Assembly: GCA_964016885.1 (NCBI GenBank)
Contig: OZ024745.1
Coordinates: 67,084,001-67,148,000 of the forward strand
Source: Eledone cirrhosa
Taxonomy: Eukaryota
Reading direction: 5' to 3'
Length of the DNA: 64,000 bases
The notes under the pieces are model-generated. The model was not told the origin of the DNA. It saw only the letters and a program-made list of their open reading frames with translations, and ran no database searches. This document shows positions 40,422 through 52,904 of the stretch, piece by piece. Each line of letters starts with the position of its first letter. Position 1 is the stretch's first letter. Position numbers and translations under genes: made by a program.

Positions 40422-42052
40422 ATTAAAAAAGGATTTAAAAGAGTTGATTCGAAGGCATGTTAAGTCAGAAAACGGAAATTCGTTAACAGAAAGAATATAA
40501 CAGTTGTTTCATTGAATGTGTTGAAAACGAAACAATTGTTATTTAAGCGTTGGATTTATGTGAATTTATTATATTTGAAAGATATAATTGAAATTTTCAT
40601 CTTTTAACATGAAATAATGGGTATTACATATGAGCAATCATAAAAAATGAAAAGTTAATTGACAAGGGGATGCAGAGTGTTTTCACCTTAAGTCAAAAGA
40701 TGTCAACGTCTGAATATCGGTTTGAAATGTCGCTATATTCGGATAAAGAATGCTTTAGTTCGAACTTCGTACCTTCTTTGTGTATTTATAATACAAGAGA
40801 GGTGGTAGTAGAGGCTTTATATTTCTATATATTTTTGATTACATTTATTTGTCAACTGAGTTTATTAGGCTTTATTAAGATGGTCTAATGAGCAGAAATA
40901 TGCTCCATGCTGTCAACAGTTTCCTTTAAGTTCATATGTACTCAAATAAGACATTTCAAATATTCCAATTGATACATGAATTTGAATCTCTTCCTTTCTT
41001 GTTGCTTTTTAGATATTAAACGTTACTTGAGGGCGTCTTTTCTTCTAGTTGCATAGCAAATAACAATTGAAGTTGTTTTTTCAATACTATATTTCATATA
41101 TTAGATATCACCGCATGCGTCGAATATCTGTGATTACAACCGTTAACATATGATTGTGTTGATCACGACGACGACGGCGCCGACGATGACGACCATGGTG
41201 ATGATCCTGTTTGCAATGTGGCACTAGAGTTTGTGGTGGTAGACATCGTTGTTAGCATTTCCATGTCATCTACTGAGCCAATGTAATTTAGTGGCGCAAT
41301 TTATGTATCAAGAAACATTCCAAATAAGAATATATTAAAAGGTAGATTATACGATTCGTATTAGACATAGGAAAGTCAATAACTGATTCTTGAAATCGGA
41401 ATTAAATAAATATTTATTCAGAAGATTTATTTTCATTCTAAATCTCTAAAACAAACTAACTATTTTCCAAAGATTTGGTATGCGATACGTAAATGTATGC
41501 TTTAGTATGTGTATAAGAAAGTGTGTGTCTAGGATGAATGCCGGTTCAAAATAACACAGAGAAGAAAATACTTCAACATTTACTAAGATATTTTATTACC
41601 AAATTTGAACTTGAATTAATATTTAGGTAAGGCACAAACATAAATATATTATGTTAGCGTGCGTGTGGCAGGTAGACAGGAATATAATCATAAGGGGTGA
41701 AGGGTGAGGGAAATGTTTGACACGTTCTAAAAGATATTACGGTTGTAATCTTTCAATATCATTACTTTACACTACGATCATTTTGTCTTTATCGCTTTTC
41801 CCAAATTCTATGCTCTCGTGGAAGACTTCAACAATATACAATTTCCATACACAAATATACTGTTCCAGATGAAGCGAGAGTGTATTTATATGTATGCAAA
41901 TCTACTATTTGTTTGTAATAAAAAATCAAACAATATTTTTAAGTTTAAATCTTTACGTTTGTAAGCTATACTAAAATAAGCGAGTAGCATCATTGATGGG
42001 TGAGGTATATGGTTGTGGATTCGACCATAATACTATATTCACTATATAATTA

Positions 42053-42255
42053 ATAATTGTTTCTACTTTTTAGTACAAGGCCAACAATTTGAAAGAGGGG
42101 AAATTTTATTAAATCGATCCAGTGCGTTACTGGTACCATATTTTATCGACGACGTAAGGATGAAAACCAAAGGTAATCCCGACGAGCTCTGACCTCAGAC
42201 CATAAAGGACCGTAACTATATGCCACAAAGCATGTGGTCCGACGCTCTACCTATA
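42053..42255 (-). mobile_element. tRNA-derived Nin-like SINE (diverged)
   Basis: Homologous to 10030-10225 (AATTGTTTCTACTTTT..ACAAGGCCA..TTACTGGTAC..TTTTATCGAC..GTAAGGATGAAA). Confidence 0.75.
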
Positions 42256-42399
42256 CTGTATTATTAAATATGCTATATATTATAGAAGCATCTATTATGA
42301 TCCTTCTAATACGTTTATCACAAAATCGTAAAACTGTGAGGATATAACTGAATGCTGTGTATATTTGGTTTTGAGTTATATCCTCTCCTGTGAGCGCCT

Positions 42400-43110
42400 G
42401 GTATTAAGAAGGTTAAGAAATTATTGGAGATTCTTAGCTTGCTTCATATATGTAACTTCTTTGCTGTGCAGAACCGACATATCTTTAATCCATTATAATA
42501 TGTGTTGCAGCCTTCCTGGGTGTTTCATTTGGTCTAATAATGTGTTGTACTTCTTCAACTGACATATATGACTATATGTGACTGGAGTTTTGTAAAATTG
42601 TAGTTGTCCATATATCTCGGTGACGTTTCATGGTTGAGAAATTGTTGTTTAAATTTTACCTTGTCAATATCTATGTAAATTCTTTTTTTCGGTTGGTTGC
42701 TCTGGCATTATATTGTTGATATAACTCCTACTTCGTATACGATAGATTCCAAGCTGTATGGTTGGTCTATTTTGCCTGTGACCAGATTTATCTTTGAACA
42801 GCTTAAATCTCTGTGTTTGATTAGTTTTTTGGTGACAAAAACACTTCCTATTCCCTGTGCATGAGTAACCGACCTTTAAACATCTTTTATCATAATTCTT
42901 CCTATATCTATGATTAGAAAGAAAGTGTATGTCTATGGGGTTCTGACAGTTTTACGTTACTTTAACGTTTTGGGGAAGGTGGTTGCGAACCAGTTAAACT
43001 TGTTGGGCTAGTTACTGATGCACGAAAGTTGTGAATTTGATGTACAGAATATATAGTATTTACAACCGATATCAGGTAAGCCAGTGTTGTAAAATTTGGC
43101 TGTCTTTTCT
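42400..43110 (-). pseudogene. Highly decayed PLE thumb/GIY-YIG remnant
   Basis: Manual minus-strand translation from 42752 gives LESIVYEVGVISTI*CQSNQPKKRIYIDIDKVKFKQQFLNHETSPRYMDNYNFTKLQSHI, and later YYNGLKICRFCTAKKLHI. Motif spacing matches the 14852 and 26223 endonucleases. Confidence 0.6.
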
Positions 43111-44891
43111 AAGATCTCATCAAGAATGATGAATAAAAGATCCCCTTGATTATATTGACAATCAAATTGCTAAAGAAGTGAGTGTTTCTTAATATATCTC
43201 ATCTTTTTGGTAAATGTGTATAACGATTATAAGTATTAGGTTTTCAGTTCAGTGCGACGTTCAAGAGTTTGCATTGACGTTTTGTTATGTGACCAAACCA
43301 CTTTATTTCCTGTTATTTAGCAATCAACAGAAGAATTCCGTGGTTCGAAGAGTGCTGTTGAAATTACTTCTCTTCTTCTAAATTGATTTTAGTTGTTATA
43401 GTATTCTTTTTATTTTTGCAACTTTTTTTCTAAACGGTTCAAACTCTTACTAAAGTATTAACTGGCATTTTCCTACCTAGATCGAAATTGCATATTTTGT
43501 TATCAACTTCAGAAATATGTAGTTGAGACATTCAGTAATTTCTCAGTGAAATATTTAAAATTCCCTCATAGACATCTACTAACAACAATATCATGTGGGC
43601 GTTTTCACAATTTTTCGATGATATTTCTTGAGCTTTAGTTAAATTTAGAATTCATGTAACTTAATTAAATGTTAGATATTGATGTTACCAAAGTTTGAAC
43701 CAAGGAATACAGTCGATTGAATTGACACCAATATATTACTGGAATATATTATATTTACACTGTCTGTTGAGTTGAGAGACATCTCTACAAAGATTTGATT
43801 GCGAGTTTTAACCTCATATACCTTAATACTTGGAGGTATTATATCGCTCTCTACCAGTTCTGCAACGCTGTCACCATCAGAACAACTTGTTGTTTGTTTT
43901 TTTTTACACTTATTATAATATATATTTATATACTTAGTTATTTAACATTAGAAATATTTACTATGATCGGTAATTAAACAGAACTGCTTCAGGACAAATG
44001 ATTTTGTGTATCTTCTGACAATTTATCTCGGTCATATTGTAATAGATTTTACAAAATTTCAAGTGTCACGTGGGACGGTACGAAGGAAACTTGACATTGT
44101 CAAACTTGTCAGTTTGCAAGTAATGTCTATATTTACGAAGCTCTATCAATGACATGAATCAGTATAGAATGAATCACAAATGTTTCACCAATACCTGCAG
44201 TAGTAAAGTAGTAAATAGTAAACGGTAGTTTCCAAAAGAACCATTCTGATGAAAAGACTGTCAATATATACATAAGTTTCATATTAACGCTGTGTACTGG
44301 CTTAAGTAAAGATATTTGACCTTTTGCCATTATTGATAACAGCATTTCTTTCTGCTCAAATCAAGTTTTGAGTTCGATGGTAGCGGATTGAAGGTTGGAT
44401 CTTAAGAGAGAGTTAACACATTATTTTAAACGAACTTGATACTACCCTGCCATGTGTGGAAGTGTTGTAAAAGAATTAAATATAATTTACTGTCTATCTT
44501 CTTTCTATTCATCCAAACATTGCACAGTTATCATATCAGTTCTAGTGGATTTAGGGAAGGTATTGGAGTGGTGTTGGTACCTATCCTAAGAAATAGGAAT
44601 AGGCAAAATGGACACGACTAAAGAGAGAAATTATTCATTCCCATCCATTTACAGTGTGGTATTAGTAAATTAACCAAATAAAATAGCATAAAATACAATT
44701 AACACCATAATGGCAATTTACGTGCATTTTTTTAAACAATAGTGTTATTGGTCATAGATTTCCCGGACAATCACTGATAAGAGAATATCTGTGCGCATAG
44801 GTAGAATAAATACCGCAAGCAATTATACTACACATTCATCGGTTGTTTATCGGAATTTCTTTTCGCCTACACAATTATATAAATACATAGG

Positions 44892-44932
<41 letters not shown>

Positions 44933-45051
44933 GTGTGTGAGCGTGTGTGCCTGTGAGGGGGGGGGCGTTTGTGCGCGTGTGTATAGTCTAAGAATAAACA
45001 AGAGAAAAACACAGAGATGCAAAAACAAAGCCGTCTTAGATTCACGCTTTG

Positions 45052-45133
<82 letters not shown>

Positions 45134-45152
45134 TCTGTGTGTACAATGTGAT

Positions 45153-45352
45153 NNNNNNNNNNNNNNNNNNNNNNNNNNNNNNNNNNNNNNNNNNNNNNNN
45201 NNNNNNNNNNNNNNNNNNNNNNNNNNNNNNNNNNNNNNNNNNNNNNNNNNNNNNNNNNNNNNNNNNNNNNNNNNNNNNNNNNNNNNNNNNNNNNNNNNNN
45301 NNNNNNNNNNNNNNNNNNNNNNNNNNNNNNNNNNNNNNNNNNNNNNNNNNNN
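45153..45352. other. Assembly gap (200 N)
   Basis: Run of n characters. Confidence 1.
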
Positions 45353-45826
45353 TTGTTTAAGATATAGTCTGTGGCGTAGAGTATTTCCAGGGCCTCAGCG
45401 GCGCAGAGGTCACATGGTCTTTATTTCCGTTATACGATCTAGCCCTACCTAGGATCTCCCAGAGTAACTTATATTGGGTGTGGTTGTCTTTTGGAGTCCA
45501 GATATAAGCTGAAAGTGACGTCATATTCCTTCTTAGAGGGTAACGAAAAGAATGGGTTTGCATGTAAAGACGCTGCTTGAATCTATTGGCGGTTAACTCT
45601 ATGTAGGCCCTACGGGACGTGGGTCTTTCAACCTTACATTTGTAGACAATGTTACTAGAGAGGCATTTCCCGGATAGACAATGTTACTAGAGAGGCATTT
45701 CCCGGATTTTTCTTTGCGTGCAATTGTTCTCCACACTCCACATATGACGTATTATCTTCGTTTTTTCCGTTCATTGCCAGAGAACGTCTCTATGAACCAC
45801 CTAAGAGAATATTAGTCTACGACTTC
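45353..45826 (-). mobile_element. PLE GIY-YIG fragment with an inverted terminal piece (family of the 24540-27497 element)
   Basis: 45353-45706 is the reverse complement of about 26260-26580 and includes a 32-bp tandem duplication (45643-45706). 45707-45826 matches parts of 27165-27270 in the plus orientation. Confidence 0.8.
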
Positions 45827-46248
45827 TTCACACATCAAACAAAACACTATACACACACGCAAACGCATGCGCAAAGAAGACAAAATAAAATAAACAAACA
45901 AGCAAATAAATAAATAAATATATAGACAGACTAAATAAAAATGGCGTAGACATACAATGCAACGGGAGGAAACAATAGCACCACTGACGATGTTGCAGAT
46001 GTGCAACGAAAGATTTATGAAAAAACTATATATATATGTGTTTGTGTCTACATTGTATCTGTATTATTTTTGACCGTCGGTCAGTCAATGGCAACATTGA
46101 GGACCGAGTAAATTAGATTACCGATATAAAAGACACAGAAGCGAAAAGCGAAAACCAACCAAACAGTGAGTGTGTTCTGTTATTAATTCTGGCAATATTA
46201 CACAAATATGACCCTCCCAAAGTATAGCAATATATATATATATATATA

Positions 46249-48683
46249 TATTGGTAAACGGAATAGAAAATGCTGACAAATTGTTCACAGTTGAAAAATG
46301 GTTTAATTAGGAATAAAAGAGTATTAGTGATTGTATGGGTTAGTATTCAGTTGTGGTTTTAAGTTTTTAAGTTTTTACCGGTTGCGCATTTCTAAATGCC
46401 TTTCAAAAATAATTTTGAGATAGAGTGTCCGTGCTGTTTGCTCTGATCTGATTAGTTTTGGGAATTCTACCTGTTTTTATGTTAAAAAAGTGGCTCCAAT
46501 TTGCAAAAATTCTTGCGGTCAAAACAATTTTGATTGGTCGGTAGAGGTCATGTGAATGTAAAAAATTGATTTTGCGCCAAGACAAAAACACAAGCCAAAC
46601 CTCAACAAGAAAGAATGGGAAGAATTAAATAGATTAAAAACCGACAGAACCATTACAATTAAAGAGACTGATAAAGGGAGTACAGTAGTCCTAATGGAGA
46701 CAGAATTCTATATCAACTTAGCGCTCTCCACTTTGGAAAACAGAAACATACTACGAAAAGGCTGAACACTACAATCAACAGAAAATTATGAGAAACCTAA
46801 AAACTCTAATCAACCAATACAAAGAAGGACTCACTAACAAGGAATTCAGCTTCATCACAGACTTCACAAGTAAATCCAGCCTTTTCTACGGTATCCCTAA
46901 AGTACATAAAAGCGAATCAATAAGTAAGGCATGCAAGGAAGCCACAGACATAGTCATCAATGTCCCCTCACCCAATGATCTCAAATTAAGACCTATAATA
47001 GCAGGCCCCGCTTGCGAAACGCACCGTCTTAGCAACTTCATTGATACCCTTCTCAAACCCTTCCTCAAGCACATCAAAAGCTATATAAGGGACGACCTAG
47101 ATATGCTCAATCACCTCCCTAATATGCCACTTTCTGAACAAACCCTACTAGTGACGTTCGATGTAGTCAACCTATACTCCAACATCCCCCACAACCTAGG
47201 AATAGAAGCTATCCAATTCTGGCTGGACAATTTCCACAATGAACTCCCACAACGCATCAAAAAAGAATGCGTGATAGAGGGACTCAAATTTATCTTGGAG
47301 AACAATTACTTCGTTTTCAATAACAAACCCTACAGGCAGAAATCTGGGACCGCTATGGGAACGAAAACAACCCCCACTTATGCCAACCTAGTCATGGGAT
47401 ACCTGGAAATCACCCTCTACACTAAAGTCCTAAACAAATTTGGAAACACCCTCCACTTACACATTGAAAGGAACTGGAAGCGATATCTAGATGACTGCTT
47501 CATCCTTTGGCACGAAAACATCGAAAAACTTAAAGAATGTCACACCCTTATAAATGGGCTCAACACAAATATTAACTTCACGATGGAATACAGCCATCAA
47601 CAACTCCCCTTCCTCGACATCCTCATTAAGATCCATAACAAAAAAATAGAAACAGACATATACTACAAGCCCACAGACTCCAAGCAATATCTCCCCTTCA
47701 ACTCTTGCCACCCTAGACACGTTAAAATTAATATTCCCTACAACTTAGCCAAGAGAATCTGTACTATGGTCTCCTATAAAAACATCTGCTACTTACGGCT
47801 ACAAGAACTAAAGGACACACTCATAGGCAGGGACTACCCTGCATCACTAATTGACAATGGAATCCAACGTGCCCTAAAACTCAGTACCCAGGACCTTAGA
47901 CACCCTAAAGTAAATCAACCAAAACTAAAAGCTCTTCCATATATCTCCACACACAACCCCCTCAACAATGAGGCCTTTGACACCATCCTCCAGAACATCC
48001 CTGTATTGAAAAAGAACCATAGAATGAACCAAATTCTACGAACACATGATATCATAAAGAGCAAAAGACAATCCAAGTCAATGAAAAACATCTTAACACA
48101 TGCCAAAGTACTGCCAACCACAACAACAAAACCCACAGTAAAAGAATGTGATAGACCCAACTGTGGCATTTGCATCAACCTAATAGAGGGTTCGGAATTC
48201 TATTTCAAAGATGGACAACGTTTTATAGTAAAACACAATTTCACATGTGCATCGGAAAATCTAATATATGTATTAACTTGTTCAGGTTGTCGAGAACAAT
48301 ACATAGGCCAGACCAAAAACAGCCTCCGCCAACGCATGACTGTCCATAGATCGGAAATCAAAATACGGGAATACAGGAAAATACCACTGTGTGAACACAT
48401 TGATACCTGTGCCGCCCAAAATCATCCCAACTTCAGAATCTTTCCCCTCTACAAATTTAAAGATAATGCCACCCACACCCAGCGCATCAGCAAGGAATCT
48501 TACTTCATTAACAAATACGGACCCCGTCTAAACACTTCTCCCTAAGACGAACCCACAACATACACACGTCAACATACATACCTACATCAGCACACATCCC
48601 TACCCACATATAAACACAATGACATACGTAAACACACATGCTCTATGGTGCAACACGAAAAAATATATGTGCATATATGTATG

Positions 48684-48725
<42 letters not shown>

Positions 48726-48869
48726 ATATATGTATGTGTATATATATATAGTGAATATCATTTCACACCTTTTATTGTTAAGATTTTTGATGTTCTATTA
48801 AGAGAACCGATTTTACTGAAAAAAATCGAATAATGTACACCATTTTACCAGGGGGAAAAAAATACTGGT

Positions 48870-48912
<43 letters not shown>

Positions 48913-49105
48913 CACACACACATACACACGCGTACATCAACATACAAAGAGACTTATATATACACACACACACGCACTTCTCCGTATAAGACTGAAAAAT
49001 ATCTTTTGACATGCTAAATTACCCCCCATTGCTTTCAGACACATTCTTACTGACCATCCCTGCCACTATGAATTACTCTGCTATACACACACACACACAC
49101 ACATA

Positions 49106-49138
<33 letters not shown>

Positions 49139-49740
49139 TTATCTTAATACCCATTTGACACACATCGCTGCTAACCATTATCACAACATCGAACACCTTA
49201 CTACTACTACTACACACACACACACACACACATATTTGTTGTGAAAGAGTCATTTCTCAATCTTGGCGCAAAACCAATTTTTTATTCACATGACCTCTAC
49301 CGACCAATCAAAATTGTTTTGACCACAAGAATTTTTGCTGGAGCCACTTTTTTAACATAACAACAGTCTTGGCGCAAAATCAATTTTTTACATTCACATG
49401 ACCTCTACCGCCCAATCAAAATTGTTTTGACCACAAGAATTTTTGCAAATTGGAGCCACTTTTTTAACATAAAAACAGGTAGAATTCCCAAAACTAATCA
49501 GATCAGAGCAAACAGCACGGACACTCTATCTCAAAATTATTTTTGAAAAGCATTTAGAAATGCGCAACTGGTAAAAACTTAAAAACTTAAAACCACAACT
49601 GAATACTAACCCATACAATCACTAATACTCTTTTATTCCTAATTAAACCATTTTTCAACTGTGAACAATTTGTCAGCATTTTCTATTCCGTTTACCAATA
49701 TATAATAACTTGTGTGTTACACCTCTATTCTTTTAACTAT
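46249..49740 (+). mobile_element. 5'-truncated Neptune-type Penelope-like element with inverted pLTRs of about 335 bp
   Basis: 46249-46583 is the near-identical reverse complement of 49366-49700. There is a partial tandem pLTR copy at 49262-49365, an RT-GIY-YIG ORF inside and (TA)n on both sides. Confidence 0.92.
46788..48545 (+). CDS. PLE reverse transcriptase + Zn-finger-like linker + GIY-YIG endonuclease (585 aa, N-terminally incomplete)
   Basis: FYGIPKVHK, RPIIA, FDVVNLYSNIPH, QKSGTAMG, RYLDD, LPFLD, SCHP, CDRPNCGIC, TCASENLIYVLTCSGCREQYIGQT. The upstream DKG motif (about 46669-46678) is in another frame. Confidence 0.92.
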   Translation: MRNLKTLINQYKEGLTNKEFSFITDFTSKSSLFYGIPKVHKSESISKACKEATDIVINVPSPNDLKLRPIIAGPACETHRLSNFIDTLLKPFLKHIKSYIRDDLDMLNHLPNMPLSEQTLLVTFDVVNLYSNIPHNLGIEAIQFWLDNFHNELPQRIKKECVIEGLKFILENNYFVFNNKPYRQKSGTAMGTKTTPTYANLVMGYLEITLYTKVLNKFGNTLHLHIERNWKRYLDDCFILWHENIEKLKECHTLINGLNTNINFTMEYSHQQLPFLDILIKIHNKKIETDIYYKPTDSKQYLPFNSCHPRHVKINIPYNLAKRICTMVSYKNICYLRLQELKDTLIGRDYPASLIDNGIQRALKLSTQDLRHPKVNQPKLKALPYISTHNPLNNEAFDTILQNIPVLKKNHRMNQILRTHDIIKSKRQSKSMKNILTHAKVLPTTTTKPTVKECDRPNCGICINLIEGSEFYFKDGQRFIVKHNFTCASENLIYVLTCSGCREQYIGQTKNSLRQRMTVHRSEIKIREYRKIPLCEHIDTCAAQNHPNFRIFPLYKFKDNATHTQRISKESYFINKYGPRLNTSP

Positions 49741-50123
49741 ATATATATATATACATACATATACACATATATATACATATATATGTATATATATATATAT
49801 ATATCCGTCGAGAATTCATTGCGTCATCAGGGAGTCTATTCTCAGCTAAGTCTCCAGGCAATGCGCGGACACTGGGGACTCATATAAAGATAATAATAAT
49901 TCGGTAGATGGAACAGCTAGCGGGGACTGGATTCCATGCACTGAAAAGCTCGCTGTCTCTGGTCAAATGGCAGATTCTAAAGAATCAATCACGTGACACT
50001 GAGGCTAGTCGGAAGGAGTGGGATGGTAAGATGACAGAAGCCTACTACCACACCAATAAATTAGTAGTGGTTTTGGCAGGTTTTCTCAACAAATAAATAA
50101 TTTGGAGATAAATATAGAGAATT

Positions 50124-50443
50124 TAGTATATCTACTAACATATGCGTACAGATGTACGCTAATGCTAGCAAATACATAAGTTATGTCATAGTACCTAGGT
50201 GGTTCAATGCAGAATGATGCAGAACAATAATATGAAAGACGTAAAATAAGAAAATTTTAAAAAAATTTAAAAAATTTTACTAAGTAAGTTAATTTTTTTA
50301 ATTTTTTTAAAATGTTCTTATTTTACGTCTTTCATATTATTGTTCTGCATCCTCCTGCATTGAACCACCTATGTACTATGACATAACTTATGTATTTGCT
50401 AGCATTAGCGTACATCTGTACGCATATGTTAGTAGATATACTA
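50124..50443. repeat. Long fold-back (arms of about 155 bp, almost no spacer)
   Basis: TAGTATATCTACTAACATATGCG...AAAATTTTAC / ...CGCATATGTTAGTAGATATACTA, with few mismatches. Confidence 0.92.
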
Positions 50444-50448
50444 TATTT

Positions 50449-50484
<36 letters not shown>

Positions 50485-50489
50485 CATAT

Positions 50490-50563
<74 letters not shown>

Positions 50564-50640
50564 GTTTACGTTTATAATTTGTTTGTTTTTCATTCACTTG
50601 CTAAGTTCATAGCTTCTAATTCGAATGGGAGGAGATGGGA

Positions 50641-50711
50641 TATGAATTGGTGTAATGGTAGCACAGTGGTCTGGATAACCAAAGATGTGGGTGCGACTTC
50701 CATGTACGGCA
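50641..50711 (+). pseudogene. tRNA-like sequence (pseudo-tRNA or SINE head)
   Basis: A box TGGTGTAATGG, D arm GTGT/GCAC, anticodon arm TGGT-ctggata-ACCA and T arm GTGGG-tgcgact-TCCAT. The acceptor stem does not pair. Confidence 0.55.
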
Positions 50712-51250
50712 ACACTCATCTTTTTTCCATTTCTTTAGGGTTATAAACCCCACTATCAGGCTAGATATTTATTTAGTCTAAAATACGTTGAAAGCTTATA
50801 TTTTCTAATTTCTAATTTCAAACTCGCGCACGGTTTCAAAACATACTTACATGTTTACGTTTATAATTTGTTTATATATATAAAAAAACATATACATATT
50901 TATACACATACACATACATACACACACAAATACACATATACACACATACACATATATATATATACATACGTATATATATACATACATATATATACACACA
51001 CATATATATATGTACATATATATATATATATATGTATACATATATTGACGAAACATAAGTCAATTGCATGAACTCATAATCCTTTATTTACTGCTCTATA
51101 TATTTCTATGACCTTATCAGGCAGTTAGTCAGTTCTTAGATATGCCAGCTCTGTGTTTATAGTTTTGATGGTATCAGAGCCTTTGGACATATGTATACAT
51201 ATACATATATATATACACACATACACACACATATATACATATATATATAC

Positions 51251-51333
<83 letters not shown>

Positions 51334-51339
51334 CAAATA

Positions 51340-51370
<31 letters not shown>

Positions 51371-51577
51371 TAAAGAATTAGCTTTTAATGAATTCCCTTT
51401 TCTATCAACCAATGACCTCTACCCATCCCACTCCCCACCCTCTCCTACCACCTGAAAAGACCTAGATATACCACTTTTTGGGGGGTTACCCAGATTGCTG
51501 AGGATTTCTAAAGAATGAAACAGTTCTAGTCCTGTAGAATCTCATCTAAATTAAAACTATATATATATGTGTGTGTG

Positions 51578-51678
<101 letters not shown>

Positions 51679-51688
51679 GTGTATATAC

Positions 51689-51752
<64 letters not shown>

Positions 51753-51758
<6 letters not shown>

Positions 51759-52642
51759 ATGATGGCTGCGCGTTGCAAATGGTGGTGCATATGAAAAAGT
51801 AAGTCCTTCATCAGTGACCCTCCAACCGTCCCAGGCATTTCATCGCTTTAAGGGCCATATGCCTCAGGTTGGTGCGAACAACGGCTAAAAAAAGTCGTTG
51901 GGACACGTAAATAAAGGGGACGTTAGGGTAACAAACAAAATGGTTTAAGCAACGGAAAGTGAGAAGAAATAGACAAGTCCCAGATCTCTATGAATATAAA
52001 CTCGGTGAAATCGTGAACAAGAGACAAAAGACCATCAAACCTGGTTGAAATGTGAGCAAGGAAGGAATTTCGCACAGGTCTAACGGGGGGGGGGGAGAAA
52101 AGGAAGAAGAAGAAGAAGAAGAAGAAGAAGAAGAAGAAGAAGAAGAAGAAGAAGAAGAAGAAGAAGAAGGGGTCTGGTCTACGAATTCGGTAAACATAAG
52201 TTTTGTGAAGTCGCAGACGAAAGAGCGAGAGAGAAAAAAATTCCATACCAGCTTGACCAAGACCGCGCGAGAAAAGAATTACACACAGGTCAAACTTGAA
52301 GGGGGAGGAGGAAAGAGGAGGAGGAGAGGTACTGACAGAGAATGAGTGAGTGAAAGTTGAGGAGGAGGCTAACAGAGAGAGAGACTGCTAGAAAGGGTAA
52401 AAGGTACAAAGAGCGAGAAAGGGTAAAAGGTACAAAGAACGAAACAGACGAGTGGCAGCAGAAGAAAAATTATGTGTAAATATGATAATAATGATGGCTG
52501 CGCGTTGCAAATGGTGGTGCATATGAAAAAGTAAGTCCTTCATCAGTGACCCTCCAACCGTCCCATGCATTTCATCGCTTTAAGGGCCATATGCCTCAGG
52601 TTGGTGCGAACAACGGCTAAAAAAAGTCGTTGGGACACGTAA
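51753..52642 (-). repeat. 158-bp direct repeats (51753-51910 and 52485-52642) around a 574-bp spacer, inside (TA)n
   Basis: I see one mismatch between the copies. The spacer contains (GAA)n at about 52103-52168. The minus strand of each repeat contains CTGATGA. Confidence 0.85.
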
Positions 52643-52821
52643 TATATATATGTGTGTGTGTGTGTATATATATGTATATATAAGCGTGAACCTAATATAA
52701 CAGGGTATTTGTGCATTTCTGTGTTTGTTTTGTTTTGTTTAATGTATTAACTATATACTGTATATATATATATATATATATATGAGTGTAGTGTGTGTGG
52801 GGGGGTGCTTTTTTGTGCTAA

Positions 52822-52822
<1 letters not shown>

Positions 52823-52903
<81 letters not shown>
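52823..52903. repeat. (GATA)n microsatellite
   Basis: Read directly from the sequence. Confidence 0.98.

Positions 52904-52904
<1 letters not shown>

Noticed and set aside
49805-50095. Possible CR1/L2 3' remnant (NRLPDD on the minus strand)
   Set aside because: It is a single short motif with no supporting frame.
50641-50711. Functional tRNA-Ser(GGA) gene
   Set aside because: The acceptor stem is unpaired, the T-loop is TGCGA rather than TTCGA, and there is no long variable arm.
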